Both the position numbers and the translations under genes were made by a program. A DNA stretch of 64,000 bases from Podarcis vaucheri (taxonomy: Eukaryota). Of this stretch, positions 63,354 through 64,000 are shown in pieces. Location of the stretch: NCBI GenBank assembly GCA_965113315.1, contig OZ220368.1; one strand, written 5' to 3'. Position 1 is the stretch's first letter. Each line of letters opens with the position of its first letter. The notes beneath the pieces are model-generated. The model was not told the origin of the DNA, made no database searches, and worked only from the letters and a program-made list of their open reading frames with translations.

Positions 63354-64000
63354 TCCTAAAAACTATATGAAAGCCACGTTCTGGCAAGCTCCAGAGCCCA
63401 CAGACAGACCTACAACTACAGGAAAGGCTAGGCGGCATTTGCTGGAAGTGGCCAGGGTACATTGTTTGTCTGTGTAAATGACAAGGAAGTACCAGAGGCT
63501 CACAGCTAGCTACCATTGACAAGGCTGTCAAGGAGGAGACATGCCCTTTCCCAAGCATACAAACTTTGGCTGAGAGAGGGCATCCAGGTGGTAGTAAATG
63601 GGACATAATAATCTGTGGCAGGAATAGAGAACCTGTGGTCCTCCGGAGGCTGTGGGACTACAACTCCCTTCTGCTCCAGACCATTGGCCACACTGGCTGG
63701 GGCTGATGGGAGTTGAAGTCCAACAACATCTGAAGGACTAAAGGTTCCAGGTTCCCCATTCCTGATCTGAAGCCATATTGAGAGTCATGCAGATTGTTAG
63801 TAAATCCACACATCTAAAAGAATCAAGATGATGGGTACTCAGGTGGAATATAAAAGTTTAAAGTATTACCAAAAAAAGGCAAAACTCCAAATTCACCCAT
63901 TCTTCCGACAGCTTTCCCAAAAGAAGGACACAACCACCGACCCCGCAAGCTAGAAAAAAGGACCTAGGTTTTTACATACCTGCCCTCTGAAAAAGAAGCC

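Noticed and set aside
58345-64000. Next upstream ACOT11 exon (ERHAGCPCVTASMDD..)
   Set aside because: Not found by eye; presumably beyond the window end

Overview
Eukaryotic, intron-rich vertebrate DNA, most likely a lacertid lizard (Sauria SINE, Squam-type SINEs and squamate MITE families). Exons were reconstructed by hand from splice sites and remembered human orthologue sequences. The window holds five genes: the last exon of MROH7 (+), complete TTC4 (+, 10 exons, ~385 aa), a complete 3-coding-exon TMEM205-like gene (-, ~187 aa, probably a paralogue absent from the human locus), FAM151A (+, apparently truncated to one DUF2181 domain, ~341 aa), and the 3' 13 exons of ACOT11 (-). Many young hAT and Tc1/pogo MITEs have intact target-site duplications. 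Highlights: a Penelope-derived minimal hammerhead ribozyme in a TTC4 intron; an intronic inverted repeat bracketing a frame-neutral two-exon ACOT11 cassette; a MITE carrying tandem heptamer-octamer (POU) sites; a stop-free 300-nt ACOT11 intron; and gene order inverted relative to human 1p32.3. Most ORFs in the supplied track are spurious (GC-rich MITEs, antisense of exons). No prokaryote-type system (CRISPR, operon) is present.
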